A DNA stretch of 64,000 bases from Styela clava. Lineage: Eukaryota. The translations under genes were made by a program, and so were the position numbers. Positions 11,964 through 25,034 of this stretch are shown one piece after another. Under the pieces are notes generated by a model. The model was not told where the DNA came from and did not search any database. It saw only the letters and a program-made list of their open reading frames with translations. Where the stretch lies: assembly GCF_964204865.1 (NCBI RefSeq), contig NC_135252.1, positions 13,082,001-13,146,000 on the forward strand, given 5' to 3'. Every line of letters begins with the position of its first letter. Position 1 is the stretch's first letter.

Positions 11964-14887
11964 ATGAAGATATTTCTTGCAATATCATTGCTTGCTTTGT
12001 CTGGTTCACTTGGTTTGTCTGATGCACAAGGTAAGCAATTTACAATTATATGAACACGGCAACAAAATTGAATATATGTATAAATGCTGTAATGTGAGCA
12101 CTATCGTTGCTGTGGGAAAGATATTGAATACCTAACTTGAGCACCATGGTGGTAATATAGCGCTACGTTCGGTATTATAAAGTAATCTTTTTGTTCCATT
12201 TTATTGTATAACCAGTGGAAAATCGAATTGATTATCTCTGCACACAGATGATACTTTTTTGTTTTGTTGCCATTAAAATTGCTACTGAAGCTGAAAGTGA
12301 GCCGTGATCGCATCAATACCATGCTTACCGGTCACAAGATGACGCTGTCTAATATAATCAACAAATAAATTTCACTCTCGATAAGTTAGTCCAGAGTGGT
12401 CCAAGGTTGCGAGATTTTAGGAAGCCTTGCGGGACGCAGTCTAAAATATGTAATCAAAATACTGCAAGTTTAGGTACTTTAAATATATCAAAGAACGAGA
12501 GTACCGTTCTAATCAGCTTATTATCGGTCGGGTCCTGCAATGGACAATTTATTCTCTTTGTCCCCATCCCCACTTCCTTTCCATTTACCAGGGTCGCAGC
12601 CAATGGGCGGTTACGGGTGTCGTAACTCTCCCGTATAAATTTTTTTTAATGCAAAATTTCCACCTTCTACTAAAAAGCGGTTTACGGTCAGTGCATTACG
12701 GATTTTTATTCATAACGATATCAACTGTGCGTTGTCACACTAAGAAGATGAACATCGCCAGGATTTCGTCTTTACGATATATAATCCTTTTTTATTGTTG
12801 GCGTTGATGATGAGGTATATCTCCTTATTAATTGAAATATGTACGCATACCCATCGTTCATGCTGATTATTGACAAGCGATGGTACAAGGTTTAAAACTA
12901 AATTCAAATTTAGGTGACAAATAAAGTAATTAAAACGCATTAATGGCAGCATCGAAAAAATGTATTTTGAAAATATACCACAGAAAGATATTTTTCCTTG
13001 ACTGATGATAACCCCTCATATTAATTAATAATTGGTTGATCAAAAAGTAGAGAGTGTCACATGCTTCTTTTCAAACTCTCGGCACGATCCCTTTAATTAT
13101 AACAAATCACGGCGCATCGGAAGAAAAATAGACTTTTTAAGATTAATTAGTAAGAGTATTACATTTAATACACATTTATTCGATGCTACACGTGATCTTG
13201 TTTTTGTGCATGTAAAAGCTTATAAACGCCACTGCATATACAATATTCACGAGTCGTAAATCATATTCTCAAAATTAATTTTTACTATTTGTATCGTTTT
13301 ATTTCTAAATCTGGCGACATAAGAATCAATTTCTTAGGAAGTACTGTTTCATTCGCAACTCTGAAATTTTTTCAACAGCTTTTCGCTGTTAACGACACCC
13401 AATATTTAGTTCATTATTTGCCTTACGGCGTCGCGCATTGCACCTTTGGCACACTGTTTTAATTTCATCGTTAACCCCCTGATAAATAAATCATAGCTGC
13501 GCCCCTGCGGTAACGACCTCTAGACACGTTATCGTACCGACCACAGGACGTCATTCACATCGCCTTGACGTTTATAGATACAACCTTGAAATTACGTTAT
13601 TTTACCAAATATCATTCCTGACATCGGGATTAAGTAAACGGTTTAAATCTTAAGATTTCAACCAGAGTTGAAATAGTTAATAAAACCTTCTACCAATAAA
13701 TACAAATATCTGCCAATGGTTTAGCGTACGCTAAAATTGTTCTGCGGGCCGCTCAGAATGTGTCCTTGGGACGCATGAGGCCCGCATGCAGGGTTTGGAC
13801 CACCCTAAGTTAGTCAAAAGAGCAGGAACAGTCTGATAAAAATGTCAATGGTTCAAAACATTAACGAGTTTTCCATTACAATTTTTTGAATCTTAACGAA
13901 GATGCCTCTGAAACTACAACCCAATCTCAAATAACTCCTTATGAAGTTACACCGCCTCCGGGATTTAAAGGATTAACATGTTGGAAGGGAAGTCGTGATT
14001 CTGAAGATACAAATAATCAACCTGATGAATGGGAGTTTTGCATGTATAACAAGGTATTAACAAAAATATTATGACGGAATCAATATTTGTCCACACGATC
14101 ATCAAAAAGCTGGGTTTGTATCCAATGCGTAAAGTGATTTGTCCAACAATAAAATATCACTGCGATTTTACCTCGTGGATAGCATTCATTAGATTATTAG
14201 TGGATGGTCGTCCAGGTTTGAAATGATTTAGTAATACCTGATTATATTCATATTATTCATTTATCGCATAAAAGAAATATGATATAATAAAAGTGGTAAA
14301 GTGCCGATTTTCTTAAATTTTTTGGCGATGAAATAAAAGGGGATGACGAATAATTCAAGGCGAGACATAACCTTCAATCCAGCATACTGATGGAAATAAT
14401 TATACAGCCTTATATTCAGTTGAAACAACAACACCCAGTCGAAAGCGTTTTTTTGCTTGGTAGCTCTCATTCATCATTAATATCTGCTGATGTTGAAAAT
14501 GTCATTTTATTTAGAGCGCCTGCATGACTAAAGTTGAAATTTCAGGAGATACATACAGAATATATAAGCAATGTATGCAGAAAAGCGCTTGTCAAAATCT
14601 GAGACAACCTAACATGCAACAATGTTACTCTGGTTTGGCCGCTGAAAATAGAGTAAGTAATATTAAACGAAGTCATATTTATTTATATTCGGATAGGATT
14701 TGTTTATGTGATAACTCACGTATAAACCAATTAATACCACGTAACTGAAGACAGCAAGTGCTGTAAATTTTCAACATGTAATTGTTTTCAGCAAAGAGTT
14801 TGCCACTTCTGCTGCTATACAGACACATGCAACACTGATCAGAACATCAAGATACCTGGAATGCCAGAGTTTTTTGTCGTTCCGTAA
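11964..14887 (+). CDS. Secreted three-finger (Ly6/uPAR-like) protein 4, ~150 aa, 4 exons
   Basis: Exons 11964-12030, 13902-14053, 14515-14652, 14792-14887. Signal MKIFLAISLLALSGSLGLSDA-Q, then a Thr/Pro-rich extension. Domain LTCWKG..FCMYNKSACMTKVEI..QCMQKSACQNLRQPNMQQCY..VCHFCCYTDTCN. Confidence 0.87.
12392..13807. mobile_element. Non-autonomous hAT-type element in intron 1 of three-finger gene 4
   Basis: TIRs CAGAGTGGTCCAA / TTGGACCACCCTA. Perfect 8-bp TSD AGTTAGTC (12384-12391, 13808-13815). GCGGGCCGC-like subterminal motifs. Confidence 0.8.
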
Positions 14888-16353
14888 TTGTGTAATTCCC
14901 TCTGCCAGCATCAACGTTTCTGAATATAAATTATATCAACACCGTTACAATTACACCGAACCAATGGATGCATTCTAAAAAATACCAATCAGCAATGAAC
15001 CCAATATAATATGTCTTTTATATAACATATATAACATTTATTGGCTCACGATAATTTGGAGATATTAATATGAAGGCTCGTTGTGCCATTTAGCAAACAA
15101 TATTTTTTATTTGTTTTATCCTAATGATATAACTACTTCGTTGGCTTACGCGGTTAGGTATCTTATGTGAAACGTTTAATTTTGGTCATTAACAGACAGA
15201 AACTGCTGAGCACCGTTTAAGATTGTTTTAACTAGTTTTATTTCCATTGGAATATTAAAAAGTCATTAAAATATGATATATGAGTCTGGTCGTATAATTG
15301 TCGTATTTACAATTTTTGTAAACGGTATTTTATGAGTACCGTCAAATCGAATAAATAACTTCTGATTTACGACATTTGAAAATGTGGAAGATTGACTATT
15401 ATAGCCCATTTGGCGCTTTCCTGAGAAGTGAAATAACACTGATTTTCTGGTGTACTTTGACACTTTTAGAAATGAGCACAGTTACACAAATAAGAGCATG
15501 TAATAAGAACACCACGTTTCTCTTGAGATTCGTCACGGTAAAGGCAAAGTCGTAAAAGTCACCTTCCTACAAATTACAATATTCGGTAAATAGTTGTGAA
15601 ATCGGTCGCATAGCAATTGTAGCAAGGTGATATAACTCATGTCGGCTATATTTCAGTCATTACACCGTTCTGCAGGATGGTGAAGAGCAGAGATTTATTT
15701 GTTATATAATTATAAACAGAGTTGTGAATGTATATACCTAACGATATTGATCTTTGGATTCTGGCATAACTATATGTTGTTCGATGTTTGAAATTGAGTG
15801 AAATCAGAGTTATTATACTGGGATTGCACTCTTCCTTTGTTGTGTTCAATTTTGAGTTCGAATTAGCGGACAAACTTTTGAATTTCAGTATTTGTATGAG
15901 TGTCGCTCGATTTGTATCACAGAATAATTGATTGGGTTATTTTAATAATTTAATCAAATTCCATGTATGAGGTGTAGTTTTGATTCAATTGTAGACTTGA
16001 TTCAAGGTTTGAAACAGATGCCTACAACACATAGTATGGCCAATGGATCCCATTTACGCAGCGCGTAAGAAACTCCATTTCCGAATATTTTGGAATACTT
16101 TCTTAATTGTAAGAACACAGTCGGTAATCTTGTTCGTGTATTAATCAGGTCACAAAGTGATGAAATGTCGTTTGCCGAGTGTCCATTAAGTTGATTATTA
16201 CTCTATTGGCGCCTTATTCAGAATAAAAAAGGGATCGTAAAGTTAAAACGTCTATCAACAAGAAAAGCAAGGTTGAATATATTATGGAGTTCATCACTGA
16301 GTGTAATCAACGTAATCAAAATGCAGTTTGTCTGTTTTGTAAAGGTACTGTAG

Positions 16354-17184
16354 CAGGGGTGGCCAGCCTGCTTTCGACCGCGATCGACTAAAATCGTCAA
16401 AATAGTTCGCGATCGACTGATCGGTAATAAGGTCGTACACAAAAACAAATGAATACTGAATATGCAGATAACTGCACACAAGCCACACATGCATACAAAT
16501 AAGTCTTGCTGCCAACGAAACTTTGGGCGCATTTTACTGAAATCGCCACAAAAATTTGTATTTTGTATGTTTTATTGAATTTGTTAATTTGAATATGTAT
16601 TTGTACCCGGAATAAATGTCGCATCATTTATTTGAGATTTATTCAAATCATACAATTCAGATTTATCACCTGCCTAATTTTTAGTCGCAAGTGTTGAAAA
16701 TTCCTCAGAAAACATTGCCAAGTATCTATGTATTATCTAAACAGCGGAAAATAAATTTTGCAAAAACCGTAAATGCTATATGTGACTGCTCAAACTTTCC
16801 AATTTACAATTTCTTCCAAGTCCGAGTTTTCACTCGCTTGAAATTGAAAAAATCAGGCATTCTGATGCCACTGCCACCATTGAGAAAAAAAAATTTATTA
16901 CGCTGCTGTAGGCGCGAGACAAGTTATTGTTGGATCGTTTGCCAGTCAAGACACACAATATTCGGCAAGTTTATTCTAACCTTGGCAGAGTCTAAACTTG
17001 CATTTGTTACGTAATAATAGGCTATTATAGGCTCAGATACAATATGCATATATCGTATTTTGCGCATGAACAGTACTGTAATATTCGTGTTTGAAAACAC
17101 ACAACATGCGTTGCATGGAACTGGTGTATTTTTGAGCTATGGTTCACTCAACACCAGACGCGATCGACGTGTTGGCCACCCCTG
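16354..17184. mobile_element. Non-autonomous hAT-type element
   Basis: TIRs CAGGGGTGGCCA / TGGCCACCCCTG. Subterminal CGCGATCGAC repeats. Degenerate 8-bp TSD TACTGTAG / CACTATAG. Confidence 0.75.
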
Positions 17185-19730
17185 CACTATAGCAGTAGTA
17201 AATGAGTTCCACATCAAGCGACGCTATTTTGCGACACAATTTGCTAGTAACGATAGCTAAGTTGTTCGAGGATTTGACCTTCAGTGCTAACTTAATTTTA
17301 AGTTTTAGCCCATTGCGATAAAAAGTCGTACTTCTCTAGTTTAAAGTCTTGACCCCTGAAGAAGCGAACCGTATTGAAATCTTCGTCGAATAAAATAATT
17401 ATATAGTGTGAGCTTGAAAATTTGTTTCGGGTCAAGTCATTGTCCAGGACGTGTTCGCCTGCTATACTGAACAGATAACATTAGCTAAAAGAATTGTTGG
17501 GAATGTTTGATGGGCATAAACATATTTGCGTACTATTAAAGTCATTTTGTTCCCATCAATGTTACAGTTTTAAGTGTTCGTAACACCGATGTACAAGAGA
17601 AATTCAATATTTACACAAGTCTGCAGTAGAACTTTGTTATATTTAACCTAAAATTTGAAATTGATCATATCTATTAATTTCAGTAATATACCAATCAGAA
17701 AGGCGTAAATTGTCTATAGCCGATGACAAATATTTTGATAGATAAATTAATCTATTTGGTTTTAGGTAGCTCTGGACTTTCCGCATTACTGTGAATTTCG
17801 TAATGAAGAAGAAATTGATGTTCATATATTTTTCAATGTTTGAAATAAAATTTCAACATTGTATTCATTTACATTATAGAATTTTTACACCAATGCGAAT
17901 GGGTGTAGATTGAGCTCTGGAGACAAAGTTAAAGAGTGCCTTTTGCGCTTTGTATGTACAAAAGTTTTTATGTAAATGCAAATTATTTTTACATAGTTTT
18001 AGTTACTCAGAGAGATATTTATGTACCTATTCATTATTCCATTACTCTCACTTGTGACAGCAATTTTGTATTTAAATAACCTTGTGATAAAAGAATACAA
18101 TTTTCATTCCTATAGCCATGACATGTTGCTCTAAGTCTACATAGTACTTTGTTTCATGTAAGTTACATGAACAATGCAGGCAATTGGCGTTCATCGATAC
18201 TGTCATTTTCATGGCTATCTCATTTAAGATTTCGTTTATGTGCTATATAATCATCATTCGGGCATTTTATACCCAGCACTTTATGTATTGGTTTTGCTCA
18301 AGCACTTTTCAAGAAAATTGATGACGATTTATAAATGCGAAATTGAGGTAAATATTTAAGGCCGATAATTTTTTAAGATAATCCAAATTTACATCAAATT
18401 TGTTTCGGAAAAGTAGAAACGATGAGATCTAAAATGTCGTTTATATATGTCGTTCGAAAATATAGTTTGACATACATTTTAATATTCACCCAACGCGCTA
18501 ATACTGCGGAATGAACTTAAGAATATTGTACCTCATTTGGGGTATGAATAGGTAATATGCCTTCCGAACAAATTATGATTCTACTCTTTTTAACTCATTC
18601 ACATTTACCAAGTAATATTTATTTCAGATAGCAATTCTGTATGCCATCACAACCAGAATACAAATATATATCATAAAACCCTACATATTGGTAAAACAAG
18701 TCGATGAAAACATATTTGATGAACGGGCGTTGTTTCGACGTGTTCGCCAGATTGTTCCGTGTAATATTATCACTAAGATAGTAGTCACGTTTACATAGTA
18801 AGATTGTATTTACTAGCTAGTAGTTACAATATGAAACGTTTGTACTTATAGGCAATTACACGTTTTGTTTCATTTCCCATAGTATGTTAAATTATATACA
18901 CAGTAAGGTGCATATGTAGTAGAATTTTTTGTTAGTTTGTCATGTCACGTAAATCGGCAATTTCAAATATCTAATGCATAATAAATGATATGAATACATG
19001 ATATTTAAAATTCGAAAAAGCTTTTTCAACTGAGGCTAGTGTTTCCTCAATTTTCAAAAATAAAAGGAACAGGTCCCGGGAACTAGATTTTCAAACGAGG
19101 TGAACGTACAATATTCTTGGCATGAGGCCAAACATTGAATTGTAAAATCCCTTCCATCACAAAGGGAAGATTATGCCTCCAAATTACGAGCTAATAGTAA
19201 TAATCCCCTGCTTGTTAACAATTTTCTTTGTAAAATCGCTAAGGAAAGTTTTAAATGGAACAGCCATGGCGCCGAGTGTGGGATTGTCTGCTTCAATCTA
19301 CGTTTCACTGTTATATATTTCTTCATTTAATGTCAGTAAACTCATGCTGATCCATTTATCGTGTATGGTTCTAATTTTCAACGAATTTTCCATATATAAC
19401 GTAAAAGAGATATCGCGTTACAGTTGAAAATTTCTGTCATAAATACAGAACAAACAAAAAAGAGGGCAGTAATCTTAAGTGATATAGACTCAGTGAGGTA
19501 GAATACACATACCCTTAATTTTATTAAGGTTTGTCGAGGCTCAGACTGCTGTAAAATACAATGTAAAATGGTATTGTTTTCGGGTCTTCTAACTTTTCTC
19601 AATGCAGTACAATACTCTACTAAGCCGGTTGTAATTTCAGCTATATGCTTATTAAGGTATTTGTGTGTCACTTCAAATAGTCTTAAAATTTAATTACTTT
19701 ATATAGGTAATAAAATACGATAAATAAAAC

Positions 19731-20682
19731 CAGTGGTTCCCAACCGCCGGTCCGCGAGAAATTTCATTGTTTTATTGTTTTTATGTCGTTTCAATCGCTT
19801 TACCGAAGATGAGGTTGCGTCGGTATATTACCCAATTTCTCTTCCGACGTCATATTGCGACGTCTTTCGCAACATCTTGGCGCCGTGTAATTGAACTTTG
19901 AGGCTTTTCGTCCCCGATTCATCACAAATGCGCTCCATCAAATGGTCCCGAAACGCGCAAAACGCATGGGCCGCTGAGATCTTTTTTCAGCATTTCGAGC
20001 AGACACAGTAGGATTTTGAGCCTGGTGCAAAGTTACCGACGACTTTGTCATTGTAATGAAAATTAATTTCGTTTGAGGCGTCGATCAACTGCTGATGGAT
20101 TAATATGATGAACCCGATGAAAAAGAAAAAGATTGATTAAAATTGTGATTCAACTTTACAGTACAGATTTAAAAAAGAACCATCGTGACAATTTGGGATA
20201 TCTATATCTTGATAACGAATACACATCACTAAGCAATCGAGCAATCAAAATGTTGTCCGCATTTTTAACCAGTTACTTATGCGTTATGCAAAAAATATTC
20301 TCATCATTGGCTTTAAAGTAAAACAAAGAAGAGAAATCGGCTGCACACCGCTGCAGAGCTACGTGTTGCAGAAACTTCTTTGAGGCCTCGTTTGCAATCA
20401 TATATTGGAAACGAAACAGCAGCAAAATTCTCACTAGGGTTAATTGTCTTTATACATGATTTGGCATGTACATGTGCACATTATTTGATAGTTTTTCATC
20501 GTGTGAAATGTTTTTAAGTGTGCCTTTTTTGTCTAGAAGCATATTAAGTGCCCGACATTGCATTATATCACGCAAATATATGTTATCCTTTTCTGTTCCG
20601 GTCATTTCAATTTTTGCCGGTCCGCGAGTACATTTAATTTAGTTTTACCGGTCCGCCAGGGTAGAAATGTTGGGAACCACTG
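19731..20682 (+). mobile_element. Charlie/Buster-like hAT deletion derivative with transposase remnant
   Basis: 14-bp TIRs CAGTGGTTCCCAAC / GTTGGGAACCACTG. Perfect TSD AATAAAAC. Degraded hAT C-terminal dimerisation motif (EYTSLSNRAIKMLSAFLTSYLC..FSSLALK*..RNRL) at ~20217-20345. Confidence 0.9.
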
Positions 20683-21586
20683 AATAAAACTATTCGGCAA
20701 CTCACCGAGGTTGTAAAGCTATTTTTTACAACAACATTAAAATAGGAAATACTAAAAACAACAACAACACGATAACTAAACGATGTATAGGTCCACTTCA
20801 TGTCCAATGAAAATGTTCGAAGATCAATCAAGCTTGGGTAGTACCCAGTCGTCACAACATTCGCCGTGATATGCTAGGAAAATATAGACATTTCCATAAT
20901 GTTTATGGAGGTCTCATCTTCATCTCCAATTTGAAGTGCGAGATAATTAGCATCATGACATGCGTCATGCATCCACCCGTTTTCAAATTGAGAAGGGATA
21001 ACCAGCAATTGCAATAACTTAATAACTATTGAAATATCATGTTCGCACGTTTCTAAGCTTCTAAAAATCTAAACAAATATACATTACTCAATATTGTAAT
21101 AATGGCAGTTGCAAATAGGCTGAAATGTGGAATATTGAATGCGAGAGCTTAACCTTAGAAATTAGAATTCAGTCGTTTTGAGCACGTTCTGCTGTGATGA
21201 TTAACTTTTTGAATTGTATTTATATGCTTCAAAAGCAATAAAGATCGTAATTTGCATAATGTCTAAAGAAAATGACTTCCCACCTGGATTAATCTATAAC
21301 AGAAGAAACAGGAGTTTGGTAGCGAAGACTAGTTTTGAACCTCCAAGTAGGTAGATGTTTACATACATAATACATACGTTTACAAACTTGCTTATTGCAA
21401 ACAGAGAAATCTATATGAAATTCAATAAATTCGTGGTGAATAGCATATGTTGATAATTCATCCAATAAAGTCAAGTCTGCATGACATTGAATGAGTTTTA
21501 TGGGATTGTAAGTCGCGTCGAGGATGATCATCCTCTCCGACAGTATATTTTATTTCATATTTATTACTTCGTTCTTTTTTACAGTA

Positions 21587-24500
21587 ATGGAAGTTAGTAT
21601 CGAAACAACAAACACATCAAGGAGTGAAGAAGCACCACAACTAGTATACAACAAGAGAAGACACAGTGCTGCAGGCAAAAATGGAGATACGCTAGGTAAT
21701 GATTTGGCCGAACAGCATAACTGATAAGGGGTTAGACAAATGACAAAAATCGTGTAGTTCAAAGCAAAAGAGGTATACAAGTACCATATCATTCCATAAT
21801 TCTTTTATCATTTGATATCTATGCATAAGCATCATTTGTATTGAGGAATATTTGCAAAAAAATAGATATAGCTAAATAAATGCGCTGATCGAAGTATGTT
21901 TTATGCTGTTATTGTTGCACATCAAAATAACTACAAAAATATTGTAAAATATGAGAAAAATATTAAAATGAATTATATATAAATATGTGCCTGTGAGCAT
22001 TTTGTAAAATTTTTTCATTTTTGCCAGGTTTGCTTCCAAGTTTTGGCAGCGACAAGAGCAAGGTGAGATTTGATTCAGAATTAAAGGTTGACAAAAATAA
22101 ACTCGCTAATGATATTATATGCAAGATCAATACTAAAACTATGAAATTTAGGAATAAAGAAGGAATAATTCATTAAGCACCATTTAAGATAAAACATACA
22201 TTTGAATGAGTGTATCTAGATCATGCATTCTTGCTTCGTTAGTCATTTATAAAAAGCGTTTTAAAGACCTGGTCATCCTTAAAATTACCATTTAGATGTA
22301 AATTCATCAATTACATTGAATTTTCACATGGGGATCAGATGGTCCATTATACCTATCCTTGTGAGTATCTCGTAGACAATATTATTTCTAAACAATATTA
22401 TAGACTCGCAATCGTAGGCATTCGCTTATGGCTGGACCAGATGCACTACGAAGAGTTTCAATTGACATAACAGACGACCAAAGGAAGATGCTACAGTTGC
22501 CGAGATTTTCACAGGTACCGATAGAGTATATAAAATCCGGATCCAAATATTCTCTCGTAATATGTGTTTTTGATGGTAGAGGTCAAATCAAAATCCAACT
22601 GGACACTGAAACAGGGAAACTTCTTTCAGAGATTATAAATGATATCTACGGCAACTCTGTAGAAGAGTTAATCCGATATTTATCTGCAAAACATCTTACA
22701 TCTGTATTCATCTCACTCGTTGATCTCTGGGAATTACAAACTTCTATAAAATTGAAACTTTTAAAGTTACTAACTGATCGGTATTTGCGAAAATCATCGG
22801 ATAACATTTGATGTTTTTTGCGTTTTGTGTACTAATTATAAACAGAGATATTGTAACCAAGAAAAATTTCTGCAGGTTTTTGGATTTTCTACATTCAGTG
22901 GATTGCCGATGACAAGTTACAGAGATCCCGTAATCGGTTATGAAAATACATATAAAATGCAGCCTGATAAAAAGTTTCAACCACATGTCGCTCGAAAAGT
23001 TGTAGAGAAGGTACGCGCCTGACTATAGGGGTTGAATAATTGAATTGAATAATTGGTGCTCCCAAAGTATCCATACCAAGATGGCGCACAACATGAACAT
23101 AATTTGTGTACCAGGTTAAGGTTGTTCAGGTTGTGCGTCATCTTGGTACGAATACTTCCGGAGCGCCGAATAATTGAGACCCATATTTCGTTTGTCCAAA
23201 CTTTTTTGTTTGGAACTAACTTCCTAGAAAGAGAGACAAAACCAAAAGGTTCTATAAATAAATAAAGCGCCACTTTCAAGGCGACAATTTACACGCCCAT
23301 AGGACTTTGATATTGTGTGTACTCTGTCAATAACATACCTAAAACAAGGTGCAAATATATTTGAAAGTCGGTCTTTTGTTGTGTATGTTTGGCAAACAGA
23401 AGCATCATTAAAAAATTATTTTTCTCAATTTGAACGTTGAGCGGCGGTTGTAAATAAAGATCAAATTTCAAAATATATCCGAACTTGAGAGTAATGCCGA
23501 TTTCCAACGTGAGTATATATTACTAACTCCGTTGCATATAGGTAAATCTAGCAGACAGGGGTAAATCCGCAACGAAGATATTGGAAATTAAGTTATATAT
23601 TGGCACATACTTTTTATATTCCATCCATATAGAAGGAACTTTTTTAAATCTATTCTCGCGCTCACGGAAGCATGGTTGTACTACCATGAAGACAACGTCT
23701 TCTATAAACTAACGAAACTATATAAATTACTGTGTATCCCCGAAAATAAGACTAGGTCTTATTTCAATTTTCTTTCGAAAAATAACACTAGGGCTTTTTT
23801 CGGGGGATGTTTTATGTTTTCATTTATCAAAAACAAAATTACAAAGTAGAGAATTACGAGATTTTAACACATACAAAATATGAGAGCCGATATCCATTTA
23901 CTAATAAATAACACGTTTTTATTCAAAATAACTGCTAAACATTGATTATTATATACTTGTAGGAGGGATTTCTTGCTATCGACTAGGTAAAAAAAATCGC
24001 GTTATTGAATAGGTCTTCAAAGGGAGGTCTTATTTTAAAATTGAATTTTTTTCCTTATACATAAGCTACCAAGTTATCGTATTCTTACATATTTAAAAAT
24101 ATAATTTCAAGTCAGAAAAATCCGATAAGAAAATATAGATAACTTGTTATTAAAAAAGTTCCAAATCACATTGTCAAATTTGTCGTTATATCTATTCTAC
24201 ACAACGAACGCAGTAAAATTTATAAGCACCATTTGTTGGCAATCAATAAAATACTGCATTCATTTCCTTCAGGTTATCGACGATTTGCTCTATTGGGATG
24301 ATGATGTTTTAACAGATGACGGTAAGCCTAAAAATAAAAATTTCATCTACTCACCCTGTGCCAGTTTTACAGATGCTCATTCGTCAACAAAATTATAAGT
24401 TTTACTGCCTAATATTACAGTGAATATATATTGGTTGTAAAATTTGATCGTGTTTGCACTGATATTTAGCGGTGAAAATAATTAAACCGCGGTTGGATTA

Positions 24501-25034
24501 AGCGCCCCCCGTCCTTGAAAGGTCTCATATTTATCATGTTAAAAGAGGTGAAATTCGGTATATACTGAAAAGATGTCGTTTTTATAGGTTTGAGAAACTT
24601 CTTTAGTTTGGGCAATTTGTCTATGTCATGCAGATACACCAACCAAAACAACAACTTGTGTAAAATGTATTATCCCTGTAGGTACGCCACCGAATGAAAT
24701 GAAAGAACTTGCGGCGTACGAATTAGCAAAGCACAAGCGAAGATCAAAATTGACATTGAAAATGGCTGATGAAGTTAAAGATGAGTTGAAACAACTTGAT
24801 TTTCCAAGGTATAAAGTGTATTTTATCATATTGTGCAGTCATTATATTCATATCTTTTATTTTTTCAGGTATAAATACGTTGTCAACGTCATGATAGGAC
24901 AGTTAAAATTTCAAGGGATACGGGTAGCCAGTAGATGTCTTTGGGATACTAACGTTGATAATTCCTTTTGTGTGAAGAAAGAAGGCAGACATTGTTTTGT
25001 AACTGTATTGGTTCATGCAATTTATTACGAATGA
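21587..25034 (+). CDS. Tctex1-domain dynein light chain (TCTEX1D1/DYNLT5- or Tctex2-like), ~243 aa, 7 coding exons
   Basis: Exons 21587-21695, 22028-22062, 22404-22514, 22876-23010, 24273-24321, 24682-24808, 24869-25034; frame consistent. Family motifs YENTYKMQPDKKF and PRYKYVVNVMIGQLKFQGIRVASRCLWDTNVDN..VHAIYYE. N-terminal exons are less certain than the domain. Confidence 0.85.
23055..23167. mobile_element. Small palindromic MITE (family A) in Tctex intron
   Basis: Termini GGTGCTCC.AAGTAT / ATACTT.CGGAGCGCC. Perfect 8-bp TSD GAATAATT. Related to 38466-38564 and 44872-45085. Confidence 0.8.
23730..24036. mobile_element. Degenerate Tc1/mariner-pogo-like MITE fragment
   Basis: TA followed by CTGTGTATCCCCGAAAATAAGAC, with GGTCTTATTT motifs internally and at the distal end. 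Right TIR incomplete. Confidence 0.4.

Noticed and set aside
1094-14887. Three-finger genes as activin/TGF-beta receptor fragments
   Set aside because: Each has a stop shortly after the CN motif, no TM or kinase exons follow, and the Cys box is CxxCC rather than CCC.
22428-22811. 127-aa ORF as a standalone gene
   Set aside because: First 29 codons are Tctex exon 3; the rest is intron read-through past the donor at 22515.
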